This document shows, one piece after another, positions 1-10,132 of a stretch of DNA of 64,000 nucleotides. The DNA comes from a virus: the IMG/VR virus record IMGVR_UViG_3300032293_001706, positions 126,553-190,552 of that record, one strand, 5' to 3'. The notes below the pieces were generated by a model. That model worked only from the letters and a program-made list of their open reading frames with translations. It did not search any database and had not been told where the DNA came from. The position numbers and the translations under genes are program-made. Each line of letters opens with the position of its first letter. Position 1 is the first letter of the stretch.

Positions 1-1719
1 ATATCTCCAATTTCAAATGAAGATTTTCTAAAATCGGTTTATGGGGTTAAAAATAAATCAATTTATGAAGGTTGGACAAGAGACCAAACACCAACAGAAT
101 TAAATTTTAAATATTATAATAAATTAATTTTAAATTCCGCTCACTTATATCGTTCAAAAGGAACAAGACGTTCAATTGAATTCTTAATGAAAACTATTGG
201 CGCTCCACAAGCACTTGTCGAATATAATGAAACAATTTATGTTGCGGATAGAACCATTAAATATTCAGATTTTTTAACTAAATATGCTAAAATATCTGGA
301 GGTACATATGTTCAGAACATACCAGGATATTTGGTAGGAAGTGAATATAAGTTTAAAGGACAAACATATACCGCCTTTACAACAAGTCAAAGTATTACAA
401 ATTCTCAATTTACATTAAATGATTATCCAATAAATGAAGATGGGTATCCTATAATGCCACAAGCAACTGATGACTTCTTTTTCCAAAAAGGAGGAGGATG
501 GTATCAACAAACAAAGTTTCATAATTCAGGACAACAAGCGGTTGTAACTAACCAAAATTTCACAGGTGAAAGTCCAAACTCACAACTTCAAACAATACCA
601 CCGTCATATGGGACAGATTATTTAAATAGGTTTATAAACTTTCCAAATATGGATGGTCTTGGTTTTAATCTAAGACAAGTTAAAACAAATGATAAATCAA
701 CATACACAACATCAAGTTCATTTGATTCAAATACATTGGTTGTTAATACAAAAAATGTTGATTTATTTTTAAATGTTGGACAAGGTATTACATATAGTGT
801 ATGGGAAAATTCACGAGACGAAGAATATCCAATACCATATTCAGGACTTTCAAATCCATATCCAACACCAGGAAATTTAGATTGGACGGTTATAAATCCA
901 CAACCACAAATTGAAACTTTCGCAGAATTTGCACAAACATTCTATAAAAACATGATAAATGTAAGAAACAGATGGTATACCACAGATGGTAAATCATCGG
1001 GTTATCCAACATTACAATCTGTTTATTGGAATTACTTACAATCATTAGAAAAGGCGGGTATTGACATTAGTCATTACACCTATCAAAAAATGATTGATTA
1101 TACTATAGGTATTGGTGACTATTGGACAAAATTGGTGGAACAAACAGTACCATCAACAACAATATGGAATGGAGGTATAAAATATGAGAATTCCGCTTTT
1201 CACAGACAAAAATATGTTTATAGAAGACAAAGAGGATGTATCTTTACTGCGGTTCCATGTACTCCATGTCAAGCAATAGGACCGATATTTATGAATGATT
1301 GTATTGATGAAACAATTTCAGGGGCAACATATCCTTGGAGTGGAACATCATCAACAATAGAGTCATTTTCAGACGCATTAATTAAATCTGTTAATCAAGT
1401 TTTATCATCAAGTGGTTATACATTATCAGAATGTGTAAAAGAATCTTTAACTTCAATATGGTATGTTGATTTGAGATTAGACAATACTGTTTTGGTTCAA
1501 GAACCGTTTTATACAGGGTATGGTATAAATGATATTCCAAGTGATAGTGATTGGTTGACCGCTCTTGAAAACAAACTTATGTATCTTTATCAATACGGAT
1601 TAAATTATAATGTAAACGCTGAAAGAGTCATATTATCAAATTCAGGTTGTATGGAACTATTTACAAACAAGACCTTATCATTAAATGTAGGTATAAACGT
1701 ATCAATCAATTGTAATTAA
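1..1719 (+). CDS. Baseplate wedge-like structural protein (5' truncated by window edge)
   Basis: Frame is open from base 1 (ISPISNEDF...LYRSKGTRRSIEFLM), upstream of the ORF-track start at 187. The KGT..SIE.L motif is typical of myovirus baseplate wedge proteins; first gene of the structural block. Confidence 0.55.
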   Translation: MSPISNEDFLKSVYGVKNKSIYEGWTRDQTPTELNFKYYNKLILNSAHLYRSKGTRRSIEFLMKTIGAPQALVEYNETIYVADRTIKYSDFLTKYAKISGGTYVQNIPGYLVGSEYKFKGQTYTAFTTSQSITNSQFTLNDYPINEDGYPIMPQATDDFFFQKGGGWYQQTKFHNSGQQAVVTNQNFTGESPNSQLQTIPPSYGTDYLNRFINFPNMDGLGFNLRQVKTNDKSTYTTSSSFDSNTLVVNTKNVDLFLNVGQGITYSVWENSRDEEYPIPYSGLSNPYPTPGNLDWTVINPQPQIETFAEFAQTFYKNMINVRNRWYTTDGKSSGYPTLQSVYWNYLQSLEKAGIDISHYTYQKMIDYTIGIGDYWTKLVEQTVPSTTIWNGGIKYENSAFHRQKYVYRRQRGCIFTAVPCTPCQAIGPIFMNDCIDETISGATYPWSGTSSTIESFSDALIKSVNQVLSSSGYTLSECVKESLTSIWYVDLRLDNTVLVQEPFYTGYGINDIPSDSDWLTALENKLMYLYQYGLNYNVNAERVILSNSGCMELFTNKTLSLNVGINVSINCN

Positions 1720-3839
1720 TGGCTAATTTTTTATATAATTTTTCAGTAACTGGTGATTGTAATAATTCAGGCTCAGGAGCCATTAATATATCTTTATCGG
1801 GTGGTGTTGCACCATATACAGTAGATTGGGTAAATCCTAACTTAGGTTCAGGTAGCACAAAAACAGGATTAAATTCAGGGACATATGTTGTTCGTGTAAA
1901 CGATTCATTAGGGGATACAAATAATGAGTTTTATATTAATATAATTGTTTCAAGTGGAGGATGTTTAAATGTATCAACAGTTTCAGGAACAACTTGTGGA
2001 GAAAATAACGGAGTTGTTACTTTAAGTGGAACTTCAAATGCATATCCAATTACAATTAAATTATTTAGTGGTACGACAGAAGTATTATCAGGTATAACAT
2101 ATAATGGTGTGTTAAGTTTTACAAATGTACCTTCAGGTGTATTCAGAGCGTATTACCAAGATTATGGTGGTTGTAGTGGGTATTCAGAATCGATTATCGT
2201 CCAACCATCAAGTGAACTTGATTGGGGATTTTATGTTGTAGACAATACTAGTTGTTATGGTAATGTTGGTAAGTTACAAATAACAGGACTTACGGGTACT
2301 GCTCCATATACATACTTATGGAATAACGGTCAGACAGGAACAACAATAACTGGATTAACAGCAGATACATACTCTGTCACAATAACAGATTATTATGGTT
2401 GTCAAAAAACGAAAAGTGCAACTGTAAATAATGCTGACCCATTAACAATTGCCTCAATAACCGCAACAAATCCAACTTGTTTTTCGGGTAATGGGACGGT
2501 TACATTAATACTTACGGGAGGTACGGGACCTTTCTTCTATTCAGGTAGTAATGGTACAACATTAATTTCATATGCAACACAAGTAACATTTTCAGGTTTC
2601 ACACCTGGTGTTGCAACTTTTCTTGTTACTGACGCTACTTTATGTAATACAACTAGCTCGGTTTATTTACAAGCAGATGCGGGATTCACAGTAACTAACA
2701 TACTTGTTAAAAATTCTACATGTTCAGTAGAAGGTGGAAGTGTTACAGTAAATGTGGTTGGGAATGGTCCATTTACATATACTTTAATATATCCTGACTC
2801 AACAACAAATGTAGTAACTCAAGTTTCACCAACAATAGTATATGACAATTTAGATGAAGGCGAATATACAATTGTAATTGAAAATACGACAGGATGTCAA
2901 TATAGTCAGACATTTAATGTTTACACTCAAGATAAATTTTCCGCAACAACTTTTGTAACTGGAACGACTTGTGGATTAAACAATGGTATATGTTATCTTG
3001 AAGTTGGAAGCGGATATACAGGACTACTTGATTTTATTATAACAAGAAATGACATACCGTTAATCCAATATGTTGATGTTGCATTTTCATCAGTAACGTT
3101 TAACAATTTATCTTCAGGAAATTATAAAATACAAATTAGAGACGAGGATAATTGTTCGGTTTATAGAAACATAACAATTCAATCATCAAATAGTTTAGAA
3201 TATATTTTGGTTCCAACAAGTTGTGGTAATAACAACAACGAAGGAACGATAACTACCACAATATTTAACGGAACACCACCTTATACTTATCAATGGTCTG
3301 AAAACGCAAATAACGCTACCACACAGAATCTAACAGGATTAAGTGGTGGGACATATACTTTAACAATAACAGATTATTCAGGATGTAGTTTAACTAAAAG
3401 TGTTATTGTACCTTGTACACCACTTGTTTCAGGTTATGTTTATTTATCAGTTTTATCAGATGGATTTACGGTAACACCAAATTCTGAAAGAGATTTTTCA
3501 TCTATGGTATCTGAAGGTTTTTACGATTTAACAACAGGTAATACAAATTGTATTTTATCTTCTGCGACATATACAGCATTTGTTGAAGTAAGTGGAACAA
3601 CATATACACAACCATTCTTCACAGGAACGACATTAAGTGGAGTCCCAACAGAGTCACAATGGATACAAGCACTTGAAACAATATTGTCAGGGGTTACGGG
3701 TGTTAGCACATATACTTTTGATACCGTTAATAATGTTGTAACAGTTAAATCAGTTTGTAATGGTACTGAAGATGATTTAAGTGATTCAGAGTTTGTAATA
3801 GGATTAACTATTGATTATAATATTAATTGTGAAACTTAA
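1719..3839 (+). CDS. Virion structural/adhesin protein with SprB-like beta-sandwich repeats
   Basis: Repeated GxxPYTYxW...LTGLxxxTYxxTITDxxGC units (SGGVAPYTVDW, TGTAPYTYLWNNGQTGTTITGLTADTYSVTITDYYGC, NGTPPYTYQW...GTYTLTITDYSGC) resemble SprB repeats. Confidence 0.6.
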   Translation: MANFLYNFSVTGDCNNSGSGAINISLSGGVAPYTVDWVNPNLGSGSTKTGLNSGTYVVRVNDSLGDTNNEFYINIIVSSGGCLNVSTVSGTTCGENNGVVTLSGTSNAYPITIKLFSGTTEVLSGITYNGVLSFTNVPSGVFRAYYQDYGGCSGYSESIIVQPSSELDWGFYVVDNTSCYGNVGKLQITGLTGTAPYTYLWNNGQTGTTITGLTADTYSVTITDYYGCQKTKSATVNNADPLTIASITATNPTCFSGNGTVTLILTGGTGPFFYSGSNGTTLISYATQVTFSGFTPGVATFLVTDATLCNTTSSVYLQADAGFTVTNILVKNSTCSVEGGSVTVNVVGNGPFTYTLIYPDSTTNVVTQVSPTIVYDNLDEGEYTIVIENTTGCQYSQTFNVYTQDKFSATTFVTGTTCGLNNGICYLEVGSGYTGLLDFIITRNDIPLIQYVDVAFSSVTFNNLSSGNYKIQIRDEDNCSVYRNITIQSSNSLEYILVPTSCGNNNNEGTITTTIFNGTPPYTYQWSENANNATTQNLTGLSGGTYTLTITDYSGCSLTKSVIVPCTPLVSGYVYLSVLSDGFTVTPNSERDFSSMVSEGFYDLTTGNTNCILSSATYTAFVEVSGTTYTQPFFTGTTLSGVPTESQWIQALETILSGVTGVSTYTFDTVNNVVTVKSVCNGTEDDLSDSEFVIGLTIDYNINCET

Positions 3840-5074
3840 TGGCGTCTAGATTAATAATACAAAATATAACAGGAACAACACCTTATTATGTGTATGTATG
3901 TGATGTGTTTGAAACATTATGTGAATATCTCGGAGTGTTAACAGGAACAACTTTGGGTAGAACTTTCACTCTATCTTCATTATATGACACAGCACCGATA
4001 ATTAGAGTTAAATTAATCGATAATAATGGTTGCGAAGTAAAAAAAGATATTTCGTGTGATGAAAATTGTACTTTCCAATTGGAAATATACAGCGTAGATG
4101 ATAATATATGTTTGGCTTCTCCAACACCTACACCAACGGTTACTCCAACAATCACACCATCAATAACACCAACACCATCTGTAACACCAACAGTTACTCC
4201 AACAACATCTATAACACCTACACCAACGGTTACTCCAACAATCACACCGACACCATCACCTACTTGTCCAGCAGCGGCATCGATAGTTAGTGATGGGTTG
4301 GTTGCATATTTGGACCCTGCAATTTGTAATGGTTTTACACAAGCGACAAACACATTAGAAGATGCCACGGGTAATTTTAGTGGGGATAATTTTGACTTGA
4401 GGGCTTATGTAAGACCAACAACTAGTACATCAACATTATATACTGGCACCTCAATTTATAGTAACATTGGTGGGGGTTCGCTAACTATTAGTGCATCAAC
4501 AGGGTATTTTTACGAACAAGTGAATCCATATGGATACAGTGCATATTCATTCTCAATATGGTTTTACCCATTTAATAATATTACAAGTGCAACATCTGCA
4601 AATAATCTATTAGAACTTAGAACGTATCCTAATGCTAGTGGAATTCAATACTTAGGTCTTGGTAATGTAACAGGACCTTCAGTGTTAAACGGTGAAATTG
4701 TTACAATATTGGGGGATTATCTTCAACCAGGAAATACATATCCTAGAACTGCAGTAATGTCATCAGCATTTACCCAATTTAGTGCAAATACTTGGTATAA
4801 CGTAACATGTAATTGGAATAGTGGTTCATCAAGATATGATATTTATATCAACAATATACTTAGAACGGTTGTTAATTCAAGTGGGGGGAATGTTCCTGTA
4901 ATAAACGCTAACTTATTAGTTGTTGGTGCGGTATGGGGTGATGGTCAAATTTCAACCGCCGCAAGAAATATTTTTACGGGTAACATCGGTGAAATGCATT
5001 TCTATAATAAAGCTCTAACAGGTGCTGAGTTAACTCAAAATTACGACGCATTAAAAACAAGATACGGTTATTAA
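3839..5074 (+). CDS. Fibre/appendage protein: Cys-rich N-module, Pro/Thr linker, LamG/ConA-like lectin domain
   Basis: PTPTVTPT linker; C-terminal SFSIWF...WYNVT...YIN...FTGNIGEMHFYNKALTGAELTQNY pattern typical of LamG-like domains. Confidence 0.65.
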   Translation: MASRLIIQNITGTTPYYVYVCDVFETLCEYLGVLTGTTLGRTFTLSSLYDTAPIIRVKLIDNNGCEVKKDISCDENCTFQLEIYSVDDNICLASPTPTPTVTPTITPSITPTPSVTPTVTPTTSITPTPTVTPTITPTPSPTCPAAASIVSDGLVAYLDPAICNGFTQATNTLEDATGNFSGDNFDLRAYVRPTTSTSTLYTGTSIYSNIGGGSLTISASTGYFYEQVNPYGYSAYSFSIWFYPFNNITSATSANNLLELRTYPNASGIQYLGLGNVTGPSVLNGEIVTILGDYLQPGNTYPRTAVMSSAFTQFSANTWYNVTCNWNSGSSRYDIYINNILRTVVNSSGGNVPVINANLLVVGAVWGDGQISTAARNIFTGNIGEMHFYNKALTGAELTQNYDALKTRYGY

Positions 5075-5102
5075 AAAAAAATAATAACCATATTTATTAT
5101 AT

Positions 5103-6152
5103 ATGCCAACAACAAGACCTTTTGCATACAACACAGGTTCAACAATATCAGGAACAGAACAAGTAGGAAATCTTGCGATAGGTCTTCAAGCTCAAGATTA
5201 TTCATCAAATATTGGGGGTGTGAAATGGTGGATGGGACCTGATGAAGATTTGGGGTATGTTATTGTTCACCAAACTGTAAGTGGTAATCAACCAAATCCT
5301 TTAGGTGTACCAGCATATGTTGGTTTTTGGAGAACTTCAGAAAAAACCGAACAAAGTTTTATTGGTTTGTCAAATTGGGTCGCAGCCGGAACCACCGCAT
5401 TTACAACAGGAGACCAAGCGAAAATATGGTTAAATAGTAATGGATATTGGACATCATTTTCAACTGAAGGTAATATCATTCAAGACGACTTATTTATGGA
5501 ATTAGATGCGTCAAATTATGTTAGTGGTGAATGGGTTGATGAAACAGGAAATGGTAATAACGCAACAATTAATGGGGCGACATGGGTATCAACAGATGGA
5601 GGCATTTTTGATTTGGATGGTATTAATGATAATATTCTCATCCCACATAACTCATCGTTATCGCTATCGACAACAACTCAAAAAACAATTCAAGTTTGGG
5701 TTAAATTTGATACTTTGGGTGGATTAAGTCAACAAATTCCTGTTTTTGGAAAACTATCATCAAGCTTTGGATTTGATGGATATTGGGGAGGATTATTTTC
5801 AAATGGAGGTGTTATCAGGTGTGTAACAAATGGTACTGCAATACAAAGAGTATCCAATTCAACACTCACTGTAACAATAAATACGTGGTATTTAATTACA
5901 TTTATTTCTCAAATAACATCAACATCAAATACAACTAAAGTATATATAAATGATATTGAATATATTACAACAGCACATGGTTCAGATACCTATAATGAAT
6001 CAAATCCTTTATATTTAGGGTTTATAGGGACTGGAGTTGGTTCTCTTTATCTTAATGGTAAAATAGGTGCATGTTATTTTTATACGAAAGGATTAACTTC
6101 TGATGAAGTTTCCACAAATTACAACACAACCAAATCAAAATATGGACTATAA
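5103..6152 (+). CDS. LamG/ConA-like lectin-domain structural protein
   Basis: LDASNY..WVD.TGNGNNATING, FDLDGIND, TIQVWVK, WYLITF, LNGKIGACYFYTKGLTSDEVSTNY motifs. Confidence 0.7.
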   Translation: MPTTRPFAYNTGSTISGTEQVGNLAIGLQAQDYSSNIGGVKWWMGPDEDLGYVIVHQTVSGNQPNPLGVPAYVGFWRTSEKTEQSFIGLSNWVAAGTTAFTTGDQAKIWLNSNGYWTSFSTEGNIIQDDLFMELDASNYVSGEWVDETGNGNNATINGATWVSTDGGIFDLDGINDNILIPHNSSLSLSTTTQKTIQVWVKFDTLGGLSQQIPVFGKLSSSFGFDGYWGGLFSNGGVIRCVTNGTAIQRVSNSTLTVTINTWYLITFISQITSTSNTTKVYINDIEYITTAHGSDTYNESNPLYLGFIGTGVGSLYLNGKIGACYFYTKGLTSDEVSTNYNTTKSKYGL

Positions 6153-6156
6153 CTAA

Positions 6157-6504
6157 ATGAACTCAAAAATATACATAACATCAGTTTCAGGTTCATCGCC
6201 ATATTCATTTTATATGTGTGGAATTAATTTGGAAAATTGTACATTTCTTGGAACGGGAAGTACCACGACACCAACATTAACATTTTTACCAGCAACAATT
6301 TTTGCGGGAGCATCACAAGTAATTTTAAAAATGATTGATGCAAACAATTGTGAAATTTTTAAAGTATTAGATTGCGATTCAAATTGTACGTTTGATATTA
6401 TAATATATGATTATGAAACATATTCTTGTCTATCTAAAGTTTCAATTTTACAAGAAAATGGATTTTTTATCTTACAAGAAAATGGTGACAAGATACTTAT
6501 ATAA
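6157..6504 (+). CDS. Small Cys-rich structural protein, paralogue of the N-module of 3839 and of 23679
   Basis: GSSPYSFYMC...C.FLG...MIDANNCE aligns with GTTPYYVYVC...CEYLG...LIDNNGCE. Confidence 0.55.
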   Translation: MNSKIYITSVSGSSPYSFYMCGINLENCTFLGTGSTTTPTLTFLPATIFAGASQVILKMIDANNCEIFKVLDCDSNCTFDIIIYDYETYSCLSKVSILQENGFFILQENGDKILI

Positions 6505-6520
6505 TATAAATTAAAATAAT

Positions 6521-6940
6521 ATGCCAGATTTAAGAATATCGCAACTACCGTTTATTACTTCAGCAACAAAAAATTCATTATTTGTTGTGGTAGATTATAC
6601 TGTTGAACCATCAGGAACAACAAGTTCGATGGCGTATTCATCCATAACCAATAATACGGATTATTTGGTTACAGGTGTAACTTCTTCACATACCTTAACT
6701 TGGGATAAAACATATTGGGGGATAAGTGCAACAACAAATGTTGATTTAACATTACCGAGTACAACAGGGAAAGAAGGTTATTTTTTAATTATAAAAGATG
6801 AAGCGGGAAGTTGCGGTTCATATAGAATAAGGTTAACACCATCATCAGGTACGATTGATGGAAGTTCATATGTTGATATGAACATAAATTATATGTCTCT
6901 GACTTGTTTGGTTAGAGGTGGTAATTGGTATTTAATTTAA
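6521..6940 (+). CDS. Tail-fibre-associated small protein
   Basis: N-terminal MPDLRISQLP and LTLPS..G...IIKDE.G...I...TIDG module often seen in phage fibre proteins. Confidence 0.5.
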   Translation: MPDLRISQLPFITSATKNSLFVVVDYTVEPSGTTSSMAYSSITNNTDYLVTGVTSSHTLTWDKTYWGISATTNVDLTLPSTTGKEGYFLIIKDEAGSCGSYRIRLTPSSGTIDGSSYVDMNINYMSLTCLVRGGNWYLI

Positions 6941-6941
6941 T

Positions 6942-8165
6942 ATGTCATTTATATATAATAACTCAATAAAATATTCCGATAGTCCAAATTTGGATGCATT
7001 TGGTAGATTAAGAACAAGTAATGTTACTTCATTGTTGGAGTACATGCACATACACGATAAGTTACCTCTAACTGTATCAGAATTAACCGCAGGAACGGCA
7101 ACATCTGTATATGATAAAACTAATTCACAAGTTGTTATGAGTGTATCAACAACCAATGATTTGGTTATAAGACAAGGTAAGTCAAGAGGCATATATCAAC
7201 CAGGAAAAGGACAACTTGTTGAAGCAAGTTTTTCAAATTTTCAATTACAGACAAATGTAATTAAAAGAGTTGGTTATTTTACTTCAACAACTGGTTCACC
7301 ATATAATTCGGTTTTTGATGGATTTTTTCTTGAATCAAATGGTCAAAACAATACGATATCCTTTCAGATATGGCATAGTGGTACGACGGTTTTAAGTGCG
7401 ACAACATCTACTTGGTCAACAACAGACTACAATGTTTCAAATATTGATTGGACAAAAACACAATTAATGTTTGTTGATTTTCAATGGTTAGGTGTTGGTA
7501 GACTTAGATTTGGATTGGTTATAGATGGCGAAGTTAAATTTTTTGTAACAAACACGGCGGCAAATAATTTAACAACGGTTTATATGAAGTCACCAAATCA
7601 ACCTATTAGGTATGAAATAAGAAGTTTAGGTTCAGGTAATTCAGGTAGTTTTAATATGATTTGTGCTCAAGTATCTTTGGAAGGTACAATAAATTCATTA
7701 AATAAATCAACCACAATTCAAGCATTTACCGCACAAACTAAACCAACCGCATATGTCACATATCCAATATTAGGATATAGAATTGGAGCGTCTTATAATG
7801 GTGCAAATATTACATTAAGTGATATTCAAACATTAAACATAACCAATCCATCAAAGGGTGACTACATAACAACAGTTCAATTAAATCCTACATTAAGTTC
7901 AGGTGTAACTTGGAGAACTATACCTAATACACCAATTGAATATGCGTTGTCAACAGGGCAAACAATAACAACTGAAGGACACATTATAACATCGTTTTTA
8001 GGTTCAGGAACTGGTACGCAAGTAGATTCTTTCGAATTTATGGATAATATGTTAAGACCTGGAATTAATGTAAATGGTACTTTTGATGAAGTTTGGTTGT
8101 GTATTAAATCAAATACTGGTAATCAGGATTATAGAGCCGCTATTAATTTAAGTTATTACGAATAA
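6942..8165 (+). CDS. Putative virion structural protein (DAFGRLRxS family)
   Basis: DAFGRLRTSN, YQPGKGQ and QWLGVGRLRFG motifs; lies in the structural operon. Confidence 0.5.
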   Translation: MSFIYNNSIKYSDSPNLDAFGRLRTSNVTSLLEYMHIHDKLPLTVSELTAGTATSVYDKTNSQVVMSVSTTNDLVIRQGKSRGIYQPGKGQLVEASFSNFQLQTNVIKRVGYFTSTTGSPYNSVFDGFFLESNGQNNTISFQIWHSGTTVLSATTSTWSTTDYNVSNIDWTKTQLMFVDFQWLGVGRLRFGLVIDGEVKFFVTNTAANNLTTVYMKSPNQPIRYEIRSLGSGNSGSFNMICAQVSLEGTINSLNKSTTIQAFTAQTKPTAYVTYPILGYRIGASYNGANITLSDIQTLNITNPSKGDYITTVQLNPTLSSGVTWRTIPNTPIEYALSTGQTITTEGHIITSFLGSGTGTQVDSFEFMDNMLRPGINVNGTFDEVWLCIKSNTGNQDYRAAINLSYYE

Positions 8166-8167
8166 TA

Positions 8168-8428
8168 ATGGCATCAGCATATACATTAAATATTTTTGTT
8201 GTTAATACCGATTCGGGTTGTACAAATACAACAATTAGTTCACAAATTGTGACAACCGCATGCACTGAAGAATTTTTAATTAGAATCAGTCAATATTCAG
8301 ATGCTCAAGGACCGTTTAACGTGTATACAGGGTCAACATCAACCACTGCAATTTTTTCAGGTAAAACAAGAACACAAATGATTGATGGTGTTCAAATTAT
8401 TGTGAATAACAACGACCCAATCTGTTAA
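8168..8428 (+). CDS. Small hypothetical structural protein
   Basis: Start tightly coupled to the previous stop; Thr/Ser-rich composition like its neighbours. Confidence 0.45.
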   Translation: MASAYTLNIFVVNTDSGCTNTTISSQIVTTACTEEFLIRISQYSDAQGPFNVYTGSTSTTAIFSGKTRTQMIDGVQIIVNNNDPIC

Positions 8429-8494
8429 AATTGTTTTTTAATTAAAAAAAAAATAAAAACTTCAATATTTATTTATTGAAAGTATTTATTACCA

Positions 8495-10117
8495 ATGAGT
8501 TTTCCATATAATAATCCGCAAACCGCAACAAGACAAAATTCACAATTATCCGTAAATAGACAATCTAATTTCGGAGTTACGTTTTCTGTTTCAAATACAG
8601 GTGGTTATATGGAAGTTGCAAATCTATCTGATTTGGAATGGACATTTTCAGGTCAAACGGGAAATATAACAGGGTCAACAATTCCAATTCAATTTTTTAA
8701 AGGTTCAGGATTTATTCCTGATGTAATAACATTAAATTCTGATTATTTTTCTTCAGGTAGAAGAAGAATTGGAATGTTGGTTTATGTGTATGAAACCGAC
8801 AAAATATATCAATATAATATTGATAATTATGAATCACTTTGGAACGCAGCTACAGGGGCGACTAACACAGTAATATTTACTGATTATGGTGCAAACGTTA
8901 GGTCGACAACACAACAAGGTATTGATTTAATAACTGCGTGGACGGGTTCAACAATTGAAGGACAAAATGGTATTACAAGAACAAACGCAAATTGGGTAAT
9001 ATTCAACGGTTCATATCCTGCAATTACAGGTGGAACGTATTCGGCAAATACAATTGTATTAACAACAAATACAGGTACTGAAATTCAAATCACGGGAATT
9101 ACGTCAGGTCAGGGAGCGGGGATTACAGGTGGAACTTTTGATTATAATGCAAGAAATCTTTACCTCTACGATGTAACAGGTGGAACAATTACAATATCAG
9201 GACTTACTGACACTTACATTACAGGTGGAACATATAACACTGGTACACAAAGTTTAACGTTAAGAGATAACTATGGTGGAACTGTGGTAATAACAGGTTT
9301 TACGACAAGTTCAGGTACGTCGGGTACTTCAGGAAGTAGTGGTTCTAGTGGAAGTTCAGGAACATCAGGCTCTTCGGGAAGTAGTGGTACTTCAGGAAGT
9401 AGTGGTATTAGCGGAAGTTCAGGAACATCAGGCTCTTCGGGAAGTAGTGGTACTTCAGGAAGTTCAGGCTCTTCAGGAAGTAGCGGAAGTTCAGGAACAT
9501 CGGGTATTTCAGGTGTGGATGGAACTAATGGTTCTAGTGGAAGTTCAGGAACATCAGGTTCTTCAGGTAGTAGTGGGGTTAGTGGAAGTTCAGGAACATC
9601 AGGTTCTTCAGGTAGTAGTGGGGTTAGTGGAAGTTCAGGAACATCAGGTTCTTCAGGAACATCAGGTTCTTCAGGAAGTAGTGGTACTTCAGGAAGTAGT
9701 GGGGTTAGTGGAAGTTCAGGAACATCAGGTTCTTCAGGAAAATCAGTAACAGGAGGAACCTTTAATTCACAAACAGTAACATTAACTTTAAATAATAATG
9801 ATAATAGTAGTGTAGTTATTTCTGGTGTTACAGGTAACTATATTACAGGTGGTACTTATTTTAGCGCAACAACAACCTTAGAATTATATGATTCTACAGG
9901 TGGAACTATTTCAGTAACAGGCTTTACCGCTGGTTCAGGTGGAGGAGGTTCAGGAACATCAGGTACTTCAGGAAGTAGTGGTATTAGCGGAAGTTCAGGA
10001 ACATCAGGTACTTCAGGAAGTAGTGGAACAAGTAGTGTAAACATAACATACGGGACTGCCGCTCCTGATAATGGAACGGGAAATGATGGAGATGTGTATT
10101 TACAATATACAGCATAA
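8495..10117 (+). CDS. Fibre protein with collagen-like Gly-X-Ser triplet stalks and repeated TGGT(Y/F) modules
   Basis: Long (GSS/GTS/GVS/GIS)n runs; about seven [IV]TGGT repeats; C-terminal GTAAPDNGTGNDGDVYLQY fibre motif. Confidence 0.65.
   Translation: MSFPYNNPQTATRQNSQLSVNRQSNFGVTFSVSNTGGYMEVANLSDLEWTFSGQTGNITGSTIPIQFFKGSGFIPDVITLNSDYFSSGRRRIGMLVYVYETDKIYQYNIDNYESLWNAATGATNTVIFTDYGANVRSTTQQGIDLITAWTGSTIEGQNGITRTNANWVIFNGSYPAITGGTYSANTIVLTTNTGTEIQITGITSGQGAGITGGTFDYNARNLYLYDVTGGTITISGLTDTYITGGTYNTGTQSLTLRDNYGGTVVITGFTTSSGTSGTSGSSGSSGSSGTSGSSGSSGTSGSSGISGSSGTSGSSGSSGTSGSSGSSGSSGSSGTSGISGVDGTNGSSGSSGTSGSSGSSGVSGSSGTSGSSGSSGVSGSSGTSGSSGTSGSSGSSGTSGSSGVSGSSGTSGSSGKSVTGGTFNSQTVTLTLNNNDNSSVVISGVTGNYITGGTYFSATTTLELYDSTGGTISVTGFTAGSGGGGSGTSGTSGSSGISGSSGTSGTSGSSGTSSVNITYGTAAPDNGTGNDGDVYLQYTA
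9309..9740 (+). repeat. 9-nt-period coding tandem repeat (Gly-X-Ser) with higher-order 45-nt duplications
   Basis: Units ggaagttca/ggaacatca/ggttcttca/ggtagtagt; 45-nt block duplicated at 9539-9583 and 9584-9628; a second short run at about 9948-10035. Confidence 0.9.
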
Positions 10118-10132
10118 AGTTATAATATTTAT

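Noticed and set aside
3886-4368. Antisense ORFs rich in GV repeats (also 22644-22841, 22992-23408, 9339-9749, 9856-10044)
   Set aside because: Mirror or alternate frames of the PT and GSS coding repeats.
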